Below are positions 13,232 to 27,226 of a stretch of 64,000 nucleotides of DNA, in pieces. Made by a program: the position numbers and the translations under genes. This DNA is from Tubulanus polymorphus. Lineage: Eukaryota > Animalia > Nemertea. Numbering within the stretch: position 1 is the stretch's first letter; each line of letters starts with the position of its first letter. The notes beneath the pieces are model-generated. The model saw only the letters and a program-made list of their open reading frames with translations. It was not told where the DNA came from and did not search any database. Where the stretch lies: NCBI RefSeq assembly GCF_964204645.1, contig NC_134033.1:640131-704130 (forward strand), in the 5' to 3' direction.

Positions 13232-15296
13232 ATGAAGTTAGCGTTGATATTGTTAGGATTGCTAGCAGTAGCGTACGCCCCCGCGCCACCGCGACACGAG
13301 GAAGTACCCGAACACGTGATCGATTCGATTAAAGAGGAAGTGATATCACCTCATCACGAGGAGGTGCACGAGGATAAACCGGAATACATTGAAGATCACG
13401 GTAAAGGTGACGACGATGTTGTCATTGTAGTCGAAGGAAAATGTAAGTCATTAGTATAAATGATGATGTTTTAATTATGTCAAACTTAAAATAATCAATT
13501 GTCTATGTTATGCGGTAGACTTCGCATTACTCGAAAATGGATTCTCTCCGGAGTTAGGATCGGTCGTTAAAGCGAGTGAAATGATGAATATATTTCATGC
13601 TTAAGGAATTCATATCTGATTGAAATTACAAGCATGCATTGAACACCAATGTATTGGGGTGGTTTGTGCATTTTGAATGGTGTAAGTGCTAAGTTCTAAT
13701 AGATAGCCTGATCTGGCTGGAGGATAGCTTACTCTGGGGATAGCTTACTCTGGGGATAGCTTACTCTGGGGATAGCTTACTCTGGGGATAGCCTGCTCTG
13801 TGGGATAGCCAACTCTGGGGAAGAGCCTAGTACTCTGGGGAAGAGCCTAGTACTCTGGGGAAGAGCCTAGTACTCTGGGGAGGAGCCTAGTACTCTGGGG
13901 AAGAGCCTAGTACTCTGGGGAAGAGCCTGCTCTGGGGGATACCTGCTCTGGGGGATACCTGCTCTGGGGGATACCTGCTCTGGGGGATACCTGCTCTGGG
14001 GGATAGCCTAGTACTCTGGGGGATAGCCTACTCTAGGGGATAGTCTGGTCGAATTTTCACTGTAACCCCATCTTGGTCAGGTACACAGCCTCTTAAAGAC
14101 TTATTTGTAATTGCATATGAATTTCGTACTAGTGTCGGCCATTAACTCTGTCGTAGTAAAAACTACTTCGTTATTGCAAGATATGAGATAAATAGAATGT
14201 AATATTTTCTCTCGCTTCAGCCGGCGGCGGAGAAGAAGTCATAACCGTCATCGAAGAGCCACATTACAGCGAAGAGGAACTCGTGGTCGTCTATGAACCG
14301 CCAGAGGGTAAATCATCAGGACCTCCGGTATACGCCGATCTTTACGGAGATTACTACGATGACGATGGAGCTGATTGTGGATACAGCTATCCACATTACC
14401 ACTTACCGCCTCAGCTTCCACCACCGCCTCCACCTAAACCTATCGTCTACGACTACCCGGCCTACAATGGTATGTGTGACTATGGAGATTATTACTATGA
14501 CGATATTATCATTGTTGAGGAATTCGGACACGGTGAAGAGGTAAGATGGATGCATTATTTCAAAATCCATTTAAAATTGGTCCTGGGAAATTGGTCCTGG
14601 ACTCCAAAAAAAGATGGCTACATCTATGTTACCACTACATGACATCATTAATTGCTTTTCTGGATCTATAATCTATAAAACCTTTTAATGCCCCAGACCT
14701 AAATTACCTTGGTATCTACTTTGTTGTAGTTTTCGCCACAATTTGACATATTCTGATTGTGAGCATATTTTGATGTTTTTAGGAGTAATTGAACTCCTTA
14801 GAGAGTAGTGACTACACTAGTCGGGTCTGATGACTGTAACCATAAAATTCCCGCATGCCATCATTAAATGCTTTCCATTTGAGCTGTAGACTTCTAAAAG
14901 GATTCTTCCAAAAATCGGCTGCCTCCGTCAAAATACTTCTATGAGGGAGGATGAGTGTGATCATTGGTCGATGGCAATGATAATTCTATACACTGACATC
15001 AATTTACACTTTTCCAGGGTGTCGTCTACAAAGATGATATCGGCCGTTCCGATGACGGCATCAAGAAGGACGAAGAACCAGTTGTCGACGAGGCTTTCGA
15101 GGAGAACGAATCGGTCGGAAATCCCAAACCGCACGACGAAGTAATCGAAGACGCCATTGCCGAGAACGAGGAAACGAAATCGTTCGAAAAGCCATTGATC
15201 GCCGAAGCTTTGGAAATCAACGAAGACAAAAAGTACCCGAAACATCCGCATGAGGTCGCTGAAGAGGTCGTCGACTATAACGAAAAAGGACATTAA
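13232..15296 (+). CDS. Secreted acidic Glu/Asp/Tyr/His/Pro-rich protein (~269 aa), three coding exons
   Basis: Exons 13232-13442 (signal MKLALILLGLLAVAYA), 14221-14540 (YADLYGDYYDDDGADCGY, poly-Pro, MCDYGDYYYDD) and 15018-15296 (GVVYKDDIGRSDDG...DYNEKGH*), with compatible phases. Candidate TATA at ~12252 and UTR donor at ~12320. Confidence 0.8.
13720..14043. repeat. Intronic G-rich minisatellite (15-20 bp units)
   Basis: ggggatagcttactct / ggggaagagcctagtactct / gggggatacctgctct arrays. Confidence 0.9.
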
Positions 15297-15860
15297 ACAA
15301 ATGGCAAGAATCATTTATAAATCATCCAGAAAATATGGTAGCCTGCTCAAATTCCCCTTTGGCATCTGGCATTAAGTTTTGCAAGTTGCTTTTCAATCCT
15401 CAACTCCAAATCCTACAGTTTTGGGTTTATCATTTTTCAGAGGATCTTAAATCTATGTTTTAAAGCATCACTTCACACTTTACTCGGATATTTACATTAG
15501 AAATGTTCGACGTGTAAATGAAATGTTTGTTGATTCTATTTCCAGTGCTGCAACGGTTGCTTCCAAAGACGCAAAAAATCGGACAACGTCCTAAACGACG
15601 ATTTGTACTCGAAGAAGTCTCTTGTAAATTGTTATTAGAAATAGAAATGAAAAAATCGGAAATATTTTTAGTTTTCTTTCATATTGTTTTAGAACATCCT
15701 ATAACGTCCTTGTTATGATTAACTGTCCTGGTGGGCCTCACTTAGAGCTTCTGTTGTGACGTTTTGCTGTTCACATATGATAAGAAAAGCATAAAAAATT
15801 AATTTTAAGCAATGATCGAACATTATTTTATTCCACATGAAAGGATGACACGCGATTCAT

Positions 15861-16351
15861 CTAAAGAGCAGGAGTAGCAGCCTCCTTTTGGTAAGCCTCA
15901 TCATCAGCTGGTCCATATTGGTCTGTAACGAAGATCGTATCACCGTTTGCCAGATCAATGACATCAGAATTTCCCTTACGATAACGATCAACGATTTTCT
16001 CGCCTTCTAAATCAGCTTCTAAAGTGCCTGGTTTTGGTCGTCCGTAACTTAGTCTTCTGCGGGGTGGAGACGGATTAGTTTGTATAAACCACCAGCCCAG
16101 AATCCATAATCCCCGTAGTACCTTCCTCCATAACCTTCGTGACTTCTTACTCCTAAACCTCCACTTCCTCCATATCCTCCCATATCATATCCTTCTCCAT
16201 GACCTCCATAATGCATAGCTTGAACTAAGGAATATCAAATGAATTCTTTCATCGCCTAGTTTTAACAGTGTTATCGTTGATGAAATGATTTCTGTGTAGA
16301 CCTACCGAAGGCGACACTGGTCAAAGCAATCACTACCAATAATGTATTCAT
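15861..16351 (-). pseudogene. Family paralogue A, frameshifted
   Basis: Signal exon 16306-16351 (MNTLLVVIALTSVAF) and exon 3 from 16224. A 1-nt loss in the Arg/Pro linker gives TAA at 16049-16051 before the conserved module, which survives in another frame. The TATA box is also altered (ctatctaaac). Confidence 0.75.
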
Positions 16352-18042
16352 AACTTCTTTTGTCGTCAGTTTGTCTTCCTACAACTACAACAAACAAGAG
16401 CAAATAGTTAAACACTATTATGAAAGAAAACATAAATACAACTGAATTTTGTAAACAATGCAAAGAAAAATGTTGAACTTACTTTCAATTAGGATATTTC
16501 AATCTATCCCTGGTTCTACCCTAAGCTTTCAAACTTAGCTGTATGAACTGTTTGCCATATCGTCCAGAGGAGTTTAGATAGTTATCGTATCATTCTTAAA
16601 TCTTACATAACGTGTCAGTTTTCGTCGGCAACCTGTCAACTCTTAATTTAGTTCGATGGTTGTTTATTCCGAGGAGTGCGACGGAAAAACCTTAATGAAT
16701 ATTTTCACAGGATATATTTGAACCAGTTGTTCACGTGGTACAGATGTTAAATCTAGTTGAATCAAAAATTTTAAAACCTTTTTTTTATCGGATAGAGCTA
16801 AGAATATAGAGCACATAGCCAGTAAACTAGGGTATTTTTTAACATGTCTTCAGAACCACTTGTCCTCTATTGAGATTCCTCAGAATGAAACAAAATAATA
16901 TAGGCATAAATGGACATTTGTTGTATCCACAGAAAGCATATCGACGTTCCTTCGATTGAAACTGTACGTTATTTTTCAAACCGGGCTCGTATAGGCCTAT
17001 AGGGAGAGGTTCTGGGTGTTCAAATGACACTCTTCCAGCTCAGCCACCAAGATGCCGGCCTTAAAGAAATTCTTGCATCGATCTTCAAGGGATTCGCTCA
17101 TTGGTGAAACATTTGTGTTAGTTGTCGTTCAAAATGTCTTTGAAACTGACTTCATTCCAAGCCATTGCGCCGTAAAATGATAATTCAGTAATTTAATTTA
17201 GTAATTTAATTCTTTAATGACCGATAAACGGTAAGTGAATGGGTAATGATATCAATATAATGGAATGCGCCGTTGAAAATTGTATCACAGTGAAATCCCA
17301 GGGGAGAACTCGATCCCAGGACCTCCGATCTACACACCCTTCGGCGTTTGCGCCTGATATAAAGTCCACTTTCGTAAATCAAACCACCACAATGACGGAC
17401 CTGCATCTTTCAATGTTGTTCTGAGCTACTTCTAAATCCCCACGAATTGACGCGAATTGAAACGGTAATTTCCCAAATGTACAGAAAAAAATCCTCGTCA
17501 TTTTTGGCCGCTATATTCAGTATTCGGAATACCAACATAAAAATAGCATATGAAGCCTTCATATCCAAATATGTTTCGCTTTCCATCTTTTTATAGTCAT
17601 CGTGTATGTATTAGATTAGTCAGTTTCTGTCGGCCACTTTTCAACCATTATTTCATAGTTCAATGGTTTCAGAGTTCAATCGAAATGCTAGTTCATGTGT
17701 AACGCGAGTCCTATTCTGTTGAGGTCTCTGTGCAAATTTTTATTAGAAAGAAGAAATGAAAAAATTGGAAATTACTTTGTTTTTTGTATTGTTTTCTTTT
17801 TTAATCCCTAAGATGTCCTTGTTATGGTAAATTGGCTTCTTAGGCGTCACTTTGAACTTCTATTGTCACGTTCTATTATTCACATATAATAAGAAAACTA
17901 AAACAAGATATTCCATGTAAAACGTAAAATGAAATAAACCGTGTAAGCTTTTATTGATCATTAAAATGATCGAGCAACTTTTATTCTACATGAAGGAGGA
18001 AACACGATTCATACAAGAATTACTCATTACCTATTATGAACC

Positions 18043-18511
18043 TTATTTTCCACCACCGAATCCAACATAAGCCGCATCATCAGCTGGTCCATATTGGTCG
18101 GTAACGATGGTCATCGTTTGCCAGATCAATGACATCGGAATTTCCCTTACGATAACGATCAACGATTTTCTCGCCTTCCAAATCAGCTTCTAAAGTGCCC
18201 GGTTTTGGTTTTGGTCGTCCGTAATTTGGTCGTCTGCGTGGAAGGCGACGAACTCCAAGGTATCTTCCTATATAACCTCCGTGACCTCTTCCTCTATATC
18301 CTCTACCTCCAACATAACGTCCACTATAACCTCCCAAATTATATCCTCCTGCATGAATTCCTGGTCCATTTTCATAATTCTGTGCTTGAACTTAAATATA
18401 AGAATATTTCAATGAAATTCCATGAACTTGTTTTAACAATGATTATGATTTCTGTGAAGACTTACCGAAGGCGACACCGGCCAACACAACCACTACCAAT
18501 ATTATATTCAT
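18043..18511 (-). pseudogene. Family paralogue B, frameshift near the C-terminus
   Basis: Signal exon 18466-18511 and exon 3 from 18390. A small deletion after DLAN shifts the frame (DDHRYRPIWTS*, stop at 18080). The ancestral tail DDAAYVGFGGGK* remains out of frame to 18043. Confidence 0.7.
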
Positions 18512-19337
18512 AGCTTCTTTAATCGTCAGTTTGTCTATAAAAACAGCAGGAGCAAATGGCATTATAGAACTTTTCGCGGTAGAAAACCTTTATAAAACCG
18601 AACATTATAAAACAATGAAAAGAATCGATGTTGAACTCACCTTCAAATGGGATATTTCAATCTATCCCTGGTTCTACCCTAAGCTTTCACACTTAGCTGT
18701 ATGAACTGTTTGTCACACTGTCCAGGGCGGTTTATAAAGTCAACGTATGGATCTTAAATCTTACATAACGAGTCAGTTTTCGTCGGCAACTTGTCAACTC
18801 TTAATTTAGTTCGATGGTTTTTTATTCCGAGGACTGCGAAGGGAATTCCGAAGTCTCTATAGATTTCTCGATAAAACCGACAAAAACAGGCGTCACATAT
18901 AAACCATCAGTTGTTCACGTGTTACAGGGATGTCTTATCCAGTTGAATTTAAAAAGGGTTTTGTGGATAGAATTTGAGATTCATACAGCCAGTAAACAAA
19001 CAGAATTTCTAACATGTTTTCAGAATCACATAACTACTTTCGCAATTACTAAATTTGTATGTTCATGTTTCATATCGTATTCGTTTACTATATTTTTTTA
19101 AGATTGCAAAATAAAATACAAAAATAAGACCAAAATATAGGTTTGTATTAAATGGACATAAGATGTGTCCACAGAAAGCATATCGACGTTCCTTCGATTG
19201 AAACTGTTATTTTTTCTCATGTATCAGGCTGTTATTTAGGGGGTAGATTCTCGGATTCAAACGACCTTTCCTCTGTCCATCGAGGAAGGTCCATCTAGAT
19301 CCCGCCGGCCTTAAGAAACTCCTTGCATCGATTTTTA

Positions 19338-19571
19338 AAGAAGGACGAAGAACCAGTTGTCGACGAGGCTTTCGAGGAGAACGAATAGGTCGGAAACCCA
19401 AAACCGCACGACGAAGTCATCGAAGACGCCATTGCCGAGAACGAGGAAACGAAATCGTTCGAAAAGCCATTGATCGCCGAAGCTTTGGAAATCAACGAAG
19501 ACAAAAAGTACCCGAAACATCCACATGAGGTCGCTGAAGAGGTCGTCGACTATAACGAGAAAGGACATTAA
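19338..19571 (+). pseudogene. Duplicated, 5'-truncated copy of the last exon of the 13232-15296 gene
   Basis: Near-identical to 15063-15296 but lacks the splice acceptor and has TCG>TAG (gaa tag gtc). Confidence 0.85.
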
Positions 19572-20262
19572 ACAAATGGCAAGAATCATATCATTTATAA
19601 AACATGCATTCATGTTACACAAATTTCTTTTATGGCATCAGATTTTGCAAGTTGCTGTTCAATTAATGTTCAACTCCAATTCAAAAGTCTACAAGGACAT
19701 TAAACAAATGGCAAGAATCATATTATCTATAAATCATCCAAAATTATGGTAGCCTGCACAAATTTACCTTTGGCATCTGGCATCAACTTTTACTTTTCAA
19801 TCTTCAACTACAAATTCAAACGTTGACCTACAGTTTCAGGACTTACATTTTCCAAAAGATCTTATATCTTCTAATTAAAGCATTACTTCACACTTTACTC
19901 GGATATTTACATTAGAAATGTTCGACGTGTAAATAAAATGTTTGTTGATTCTATTTCCAGTGCTGCAACGGTTGCTTCCAAAGACGCAAAAAATCGGACA
20001 ACGTCCTAAACGACGATTTGTACTCGAAGAAGTCTCTTGTAAATTGTTATTAGAAATAGAAATGAAAAAATCGGAAAATAGTTTCAGTTTTCGTTTATAT
20101 TGTTTTCTTGTAAACATAACAGTGGTATGTTAACTTCTGTTGTTGTGATGCTTTGTTTTCAACAAAGTTCAAAACAGTAAAATGAAAACATTCCATGAAA
20201 GCTTTCATTGATCATCAAAATGATCGAGCAACTTTATTTCACACGAAAGAAGGACACACAAT

Positions 20263-20790
20263 TCAAGCACTAATAATCCCATTACCACCGTCCATATCTA
20301 CTGGGGGTACATAAGCCGTATCATCAGCTGGTCCATATTGGTCTGTAACGATGATCGTATCACCGTTTGCCAGATCGATGACATCAGAATTTCCCTTACG
20401 ATAACGATCAACGATTTTCTCGCCTTCCAAATCAGCTTCTAAAGTGCCCGGTTTTGGTCGTCCGTAATTTGGTCGTCTGCGTGGACGACGACGAACTGGT
20501 CTGTATCCACCACCAGCACTTACTCCATAACCTCCATGGTATCTTCCTATATAACCTCCGTGACCTCTTCCTCTATATCCTCCACCTCCAACATAACGTC
20601 CACTATAACCTCCCAAATTATATCCTCCTGCATGAATTCCTGGTCCATTTTCATAATTATGTGCTTGACCTTAAATATAAGAATATTTCAAAGAAATTCC
20701 ATGAACTTGTTTTAACAATGATTATGATTTCTGTGGAGACTTACCGAAGGCGACACCGGCCAACGCAACCACTACCAATATTATATTCAT
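20263..20790 (-). CDS. Family paralogue C, secreted Gly/Tyr/Arg-rich protein (~150 aa)
   Basis: Exons 20745-20790 (MNIILVVVALAGVAF) and 20263-20669. Open frame through the conserved module. Confidence 0.85.
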
Positions 20791-20915
20791 AGCTTCTTTA
20801 ATCGTCAGTTTGTCTATAAAAACCGAAGAGGCAAATCATATGATAAAACCTTTCGCGGTAGAAAACCTTTATAAAACTGAACATTATAAAACAATGAAAA
20901 GAATCGATGTTGAAC

Positions 20916-21020
20916 TCACCTTCAAATGGGATATTTCAATCTATCCCTGGTTTTACCCTAAGCTTTCAAACTTAGCTGTATGAACTGTTTGGCACATTGT
21001 CCAGAGAGGTTTATATAGTA
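20916..21020 (-). promoter_or_regulatory. Representative family TATA box plus non-coding exon 1, repeated before all 12 paralogues
   Basis: Minus strand ctatataaacctctctggacaatgtgccaaacagttcatacagctaagtttgaaagcttagggt...gatagattgaaatatccc...g|gtgag. Equivalents at ~16480, 18637, 22248, 23616, 24957, 26288, 27351, 28817, 31873, 34418 and 38710. Confidence 0.8.
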
Positions 21021-21654
21021 AATATACACATCTTAAATCTTACATAACGTGTCAGTTTTCGTCGGCAACTTGTCAACTCTTAATTTAGTTCGATGGTTTT
21101 TTATTCCGAGGACTGCGAAGAGAATTCCGAAGTCTCTATAGATTTCTCTGTTAGCTTTAACTTGTCTTAAAAATTTGATAAATTGCCGAGAAACGTGAGT
21201 CTGACGTGACACATCTTCTGAATACATTCAAGATTTGTTCGGGCACTACGAATGTATATAAAATCGTTATCTTTATTCCAAAGAGAAGAAAAGATACGAA
21301 ACCGTCCTAGCAACGACACAAACACTGTAAAATAGTTATCAGAAAATAGAAATAAGAAGATTGGCAATGAGTTATAGCCTCCTTTTCTTTATATCGTGTA
21401 CGTAGACGTAGATCATTTCCCGACTATAACCAGTTCTACGTTTGTGTCACGAAGAACTTTTGTTTTCACGTTTTGAATAAATAATGCAATATCCTTTTGA
21501 CACACTAGAATAGATAATAGAAAGTTGGCACAAACGAATCATAATCAGTGATTATTACTTGATTTATTCTATTTCACACGAAAGGAAGACACAAGATTTA
21601 TATTATGCAATTTGAGATTTCCATTTGCTACATTTTTTTTTCTTTCTATCAATT

Positions 21655-22122
21655 TTATTTCCGCCCAAAGCCGTAAGCCGCGTCATCAGCTGGTCCATAT
21701 TGGTCAGTAACGATGATCGTATCACCGTTTGCCAGATCGATGACATCAGAATTTCCCTTACGATAACGATCAACGATTTTCTCGCCTTCCAAATCAGCTT
21801 CTAAAGTGCCCGGTTTTGGTTTTGGTCGTCCGTAATTTGGTCGTCTGCGTGGAAGGCGACGAACTCCATGGTATCTTCCTATATAACCTCCGTGACCTGT
21901 TCCTCTATATCCTCTACCTCCAACATAACGTCCACTATAACCTCCCAAATTATATCCTCCTGCATGAATTCCTGGTCCAGTTTCATAATTCTGTGCTTGA
22001 ACTTAAATATAAGAATATTTCAATGAAATTCCATGAACTAGTTTTAACAATGATTATGATTTCTGTGGAGACTTACCGAAGGCGACACCGGCCAACGCAA
22101 CCACTACCAATATTATATTCAT
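21655..22122 (-). CDS. Family paralogue D (~130 aa, ends AYGFGRK)
   Basis: Exons 22077-22122 and 21655-22001. Confidence 0.85.
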
Positions 22123-22986
22123 AGCTTCTTTAATCGTCAGTTTGTCTATAAAAACAGCAGGAGCAAATCATATGATAAAACCTTTCGCAGTAGAAAACCT
22201 TTATAAAACTGAACATTATAAAACAATGAAAAGAATCGATGTTGAACTCACCTTCAAATGGGATATTTCAATCTATCCCTGGTTTTACCCTAAGCTTTCA
22301 AACTTAGCTGTATGAACTGTTTGGCACATTGTCCAGAGAGGTTTATATAGTAAATATACACATCTTAAATCTTACATAACGAGTCAGTTTTCGTCGGCAA
22401 CTTGTCAACTCTTAATTTAGTTCGATGGTTTTTTATTCCGAGGACTGCGAAGAGAATTCCGAAGTCTCTATAGATTTCTCTGTTAGCTTTAACTTGTCTT
22501 AAAAATTTGATAAATTGCCGAGAAACGTGAGTCTGACGTGACACATCTTCTGAATACATTCAAGATTTGCTCGGGCACTACGAATGTATATAAAATCGTT
22601 ATCTTTATTCCAAAGAGAAGAAAAGATGCGAAACCGTCCTAGCAACGACACAAACACTGTAAAATAGTTATCAGAAAATAGAAATAAGAAGATTGGCAAT
22701 GAGTTATAGCCTCCTTTTCTTTATATCGTGTACGTAGACGTAGATCATTTCCCGACTATAACCAGTTCTACGTTTGTGTCACGAAGAACTTTTGTTTTCA
22801 CGTTTTGAATAAATAATGCAATATCCTTTTGACACACTAGAATAGATAATAGAAAGTTGGCACAAACGAATCATAATCAGTGATTATTACTTGATTTATT
22901 CTATTTCACACGAAAGGAAGACACAAGATTTATATTATGCAATTTGAGATTTCCATTTGCTACATTTTTTTTTCTTTCCATCAATT

Positions 22987-23490
22987 TTATTTCCGCCCAA
23001 AGCCGTAAGCCGCGTCATCAGCTGGTCCATATTGATCAGTAACGATGATCGTATCACCGTTTGCCAGATCGATGACATCAGAATTTCCCTTACGATAACG
23101 ATCAACGATTTTCTCGCCTACCAAATCAGCTTCTAAAGTGCCCGGTTTTGGTTTTGGTCGTCCGTAATTTGGTCGTCTGCGTGGAAGGCGACGAACTGGT
23201 CTGTATCCACCACCAGCACTTACTCCATAACCTCCATGGTATCTTCCTCTATAAACTCCGTGACCTGTTCCTCTATATCCTCCACCTCCAACATAACGTC
23301 CACTATAACCTCCCAAATTATATCCTCCTGCATGAATTCCTGGTCCATTTTCATAATTATGTGCTTGACCTTAAATATAAGAATATTTCAAAGAAATTCC
23401 ATGAACTTGTTTTAACAATGATTATGATTTCTGTGGAGACTTACCGAAGGCGACACCGGCCAACGCAACCACTACCAATATTATATTCAT
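22987..23490 (-). CDS. Family paralogue E (~142 aa, ends AYGFGRK)
   Basis: Exons 23445-23490 and 22987-23369. Confidence 0.85.
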
Positions 23491-24354
23491 AGCTTCTTTA
23501 ATCGTCAGTTTGTCTATAAAAACAGCAGGAGCAAATCATATGATAAAACCTTTCGCAGTAGAAAACCTTTATAAAACTGAACATTATAAAACAATGAAAA
23601 GAATCGATGTTGAACTCACCTTCAAATGGGATATTTCAATCTATCCCTGGTTTTACCCTAAGCTTTCAAACTTAGCTGTATGAACTGTTTGGCACATTGT
23701 CCAGAGAGGTTTATATAGTAAATATACACATCTTAAATCTTACATAACGAGTCAGTTTTCGTCGGCAACTTGTCAACTCTTAATTTAGTTCGATGGTTTT
23801 TTATTCCGAGGACTGCGAAGAGAATTCCGAAGTCTCTATAGATTTCTCTGTTAGCTTTAACTTGTCTTAAAAATTTGATAAATTGCCGAGAAACGTGAGT
23901 CTGACGTGACACATCTTCTGAATACATTCAAGATTTGCTCGGGCACTACGAATGTATATAAAATCGTTATCTTTATTCCAAAGAGAAGAAAAGATGCGAA
24001 ACCGTCCTAGCAACGACACAAACACTGTAAAATAGTTATCAGAAAATAGAAATAAGAAGATTGGCAATGAATTATAGCCTCCTTTTCTTTATATCGTGTA
24101 CGTAGACGTAGATCATTTCCCGACTATAACCAGTTCTACGTTTGTGTCACGAAGAACTTTTGTTTTCACGTTTTGAATAAATAATGCAATATCCTTTTGA
24201 CACACCAGAATAGATAATAGAAAGTTGGCACAAACGAATCATAATCAGTGATTATTACTTGATTTATTCTATTTCACACGAAAGGAAGACACAAGATTTA
24301 TATTATGCAATTTGAGATTTCCATTTGCTACATTTTTTTTTCTTTCCATCAATT

Positions 24355-24831
24355 TTATTTCCGCCCAAAGCCGTAAGCCGCGTCATCAGCTGGTCCATAT
24401 TGATCAGTAACGATGATCGTATCACCGTTTGCCAGATCGATGACATCAGAATTTCCCTTACGATAACGATCAACGATTTTCTCGCCTTCCAAATCAGCTT
24501 CTAAAGTGCCCGGTTTTGGTTTTGGTCGTCCGTAATTTGGTCGTCTGCGTGGATGACGACGAACTCCATAACCTCCATGGTATCTTCCTATATAACCTCC
24601 GTGACCTCTTCCTCTATATCCTCCACCTCCAACATAACGTCCACTATAACCTCCCAAATTATATCCTCCTGCATGAATTCCTGGTCCAGTTTCATAATTC
24701 TGTGCTTGAACTTAAATATAAGAATATTTCAATGAAATTCCATGAACTTGTTTTAACAGTGATTATGATTTCTGTGGAGACTTACCGAAGGCGACACTGG
24801 CCAACGCAACCACTACCAATATTATATTCAT
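24355..24831 (-). CDS. Family paralogue F (~133 aa, ends AYGFGRK)
   Basis: Exons 24786-24831 and 24355-24710. Confidence 0.85.
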
Positions 24832-25695
24832 AGCTTCTTTAATCGTCAGTTTGTCTATAAAAACCAAAGGAGCAAATCATATGATAAAACCTTTCGCGGT
24901 AGAAAACCTTTATAAAACTGAACATTATAAAACAATGAAAAGAATCGATGTTGAACTCACCTTCAGTTGGGATATTTCAATCTATCCCTGGTTTTACCCT
25001 AAGCTTTCAAACTTAGCTGTATGAACTGTTTGGCACATTGTCCAGAGAGGTTTATATAGTAAATATACACATCTTAAATCTTACATAACGAGTCAGTTTT
25101 CGTCGGCAACTTGTCAACTCTTAATTTAGTTCGATGGTTTTTTATTCCGAGGACTGCGAAGAGAATTCCGAAGTCTCTATAGATTTCTCTGTTAGCTTTA
25201 ACTTGTCTTAAAAATTTGATAAATTGCCGAGAAACGTGAGTCTGACGTGACACATCTTCTGAATACATTCAAGATTTGTTCGGGCACTACGAATGTATAT
25301 AAAATCGTTATCTTTATTCCAAAGAGAAGAAAAGATACGAAACCGTCCTAGCAACGACACAAACACTGTAAAATAGTTATCAGAAAATAGAAATAAGAAG
25401 ATTGGCAATGAGTTATAGCCTCCTTTTCTTTATATCGTGTACGTAGACGTAGATCATTTCCCGACTATAACCAGTTCTACGTTTGTGTCACGAAGAACTT
25501 TTGTTTTCACGTTTTGAATAAATAATGCAATATCCTTTTGACACACTAGAATAGATAATAGAAAGTTGGCACAAACGAATCATAATCAGTGATTATTACT
25601 TGATTTATTCTATTTCACACGAAAGGAAGACACAAGATTTATATTATGCAATTTGAGATTTCCATTTGCTACATTTTTTTTTCTTTCTATCAATT

Positions 25696-26163
25696 TTATT
25701 TCCGCCCAAAGCCGTAAGCCGCGTCATCAGCTGGTCCATATTGGTCAGTAACGATGATCGTATCACCGTTTGCCAGATCGATGACATCAGAATTTCCCTT
25801 ACGATAACGATCAACGATTTTCTCGCCTTCCAAATCAGCTTCTAAAGTGCCCGGTTTTGGTTTTGGTCGTCCGTAATTTGGTCGTCTGCGTGGAAGGCGA
25901 CGAACTCCATGGTATCTTCCTATATAACCTCCGTGACCTGTTCCTCTATATCCTCTACCTCCAACATAACGTCCACTATAACCTCCCAAATTATATCCTC
26001 CTGCATGAATTCCTGGTCCAGTTTCATAATTCTGTGCTTGAACTTAAATATAAGAATATTTCAATGAAATTCCATGAACTTGTTTTAACAGTGATTATGA
26101 TTTCTGTGGAGACTTACCGAAGGCGACACCGGCCAACACAACCACTACCAATATTATATTCAT
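25696..26163 (-). CDS. Family paralogue G (~130 aa, mature region same as D)
   Basis: Exons 26118-26163 and 25696-26042. Confidence 0.85.
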
Positions 26164-26767
26164 AGCTTCTTTAATCGTCAGTTTGTCTATAAAAACGGAA
26201 GGAGCAAATTATATGATAAAACCTTTCGCGGTAGAAAACCTTTATAAAACTGAACATTATAAAACAATGAAAAGAATCGATGTTGAACTCACCTTCAAAT
26301 GGGATATTTCAATCTATCCCTGGTTCTACCCTAAGCTTTCACACTTAGCTGCATGAACTGTTTGGCACACTGTCCAGGGAGGTTTATAAAGTCAACGTAT
26401 GGATCTTAAATCTTACGTAACGAGTCAGTTTTCGTCGACAACTTGTCAACTCTTAATTTAGTTCGATGGTTGTTTATTCCGAGGACCGCGAAGAGAATTC
26501 CGAAGTCTCTATAGATTTCTCGATAAAACCGACAAAACATGCATCTCATTAATGGAACATCACCTTTTAAACATTGCAATAGAATGATAGAAAAGTATAA
26601 TAAAAAGATCCATGTAAAAAGTGAACTAGATAAACTTTGATTGATCGTGAAAATGATCGAGTAACTTTATTCCACGTGAAAGGAGGACACAAATCAGATA
26701 GTCCCATTCTACCACCCACAGGTACTGAAGGTACATATCAGTTTTGTTTTTCTTTTCATTATGAATA

Positions 26768-27226
26768 TCATTTTCCCCTTCCATAAACCGCGGAATCGGC
26801 TCGACCATATTGGTCGGTAACGAAGATCGTATCACCGTTTGCCAGATCGATGACATCAGAATTTCCCTTACGATAACGATCAACGATTTTCTCGCCTTCC
26901 AAATCAGCTTCTAAAGTGCCCGGTTTTGGTCGTCCGTAATTTGGTCGTCTGCGTGGAAGGCGACGAACTCCAAGGTATCTTCCTATATAACCTCCGTGAC
27001 CTCTTCCTCTATATCCTCCACCTCCAACATAACGTCCACTATAACCTCCCAAATTATATCCTCCTGCATGAATTCCTGGTCCAGTTTCATACTGCTGTGC
27101 CTGAACTTAAATATAAGAATATTTCAAAGAAATTCCATGAACTTGTTTTAACAGTGATTATGATTTCTGCTGATGCTTACCCAAGGCGACACTGGCCAAC
27201 GCAACCACTACCAATATTATATTCAT
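26768..27226 (-). CDS. Family paralogue H (~127 aa, ends VYGRGK)
   Basis: Exons 27181-27226 and 26768-27105. Confidence 0.85.

Larger units (their letters stand above)
20790..26200. repeat. Tandem array of near-identical ~1.33-1.37 kb gene-containing units
   Basis: Equivalent positions recur at 21033, 22365, 23733 and 25074 (spacings 1332, 1368, 1341). Confidence 0.92.

Noticed and set aside
21033-25408. Repeated 64-66 aa ORFs (MYSEDVSRQ..., MPIFLFLF...) and plus-strand ~100 aa ORFs (MVLVVRNLVV...)
   Set aside because: They recur only because the whole unit is duplicated. They lie in promoter/spacer DNA or antisense to real exons.
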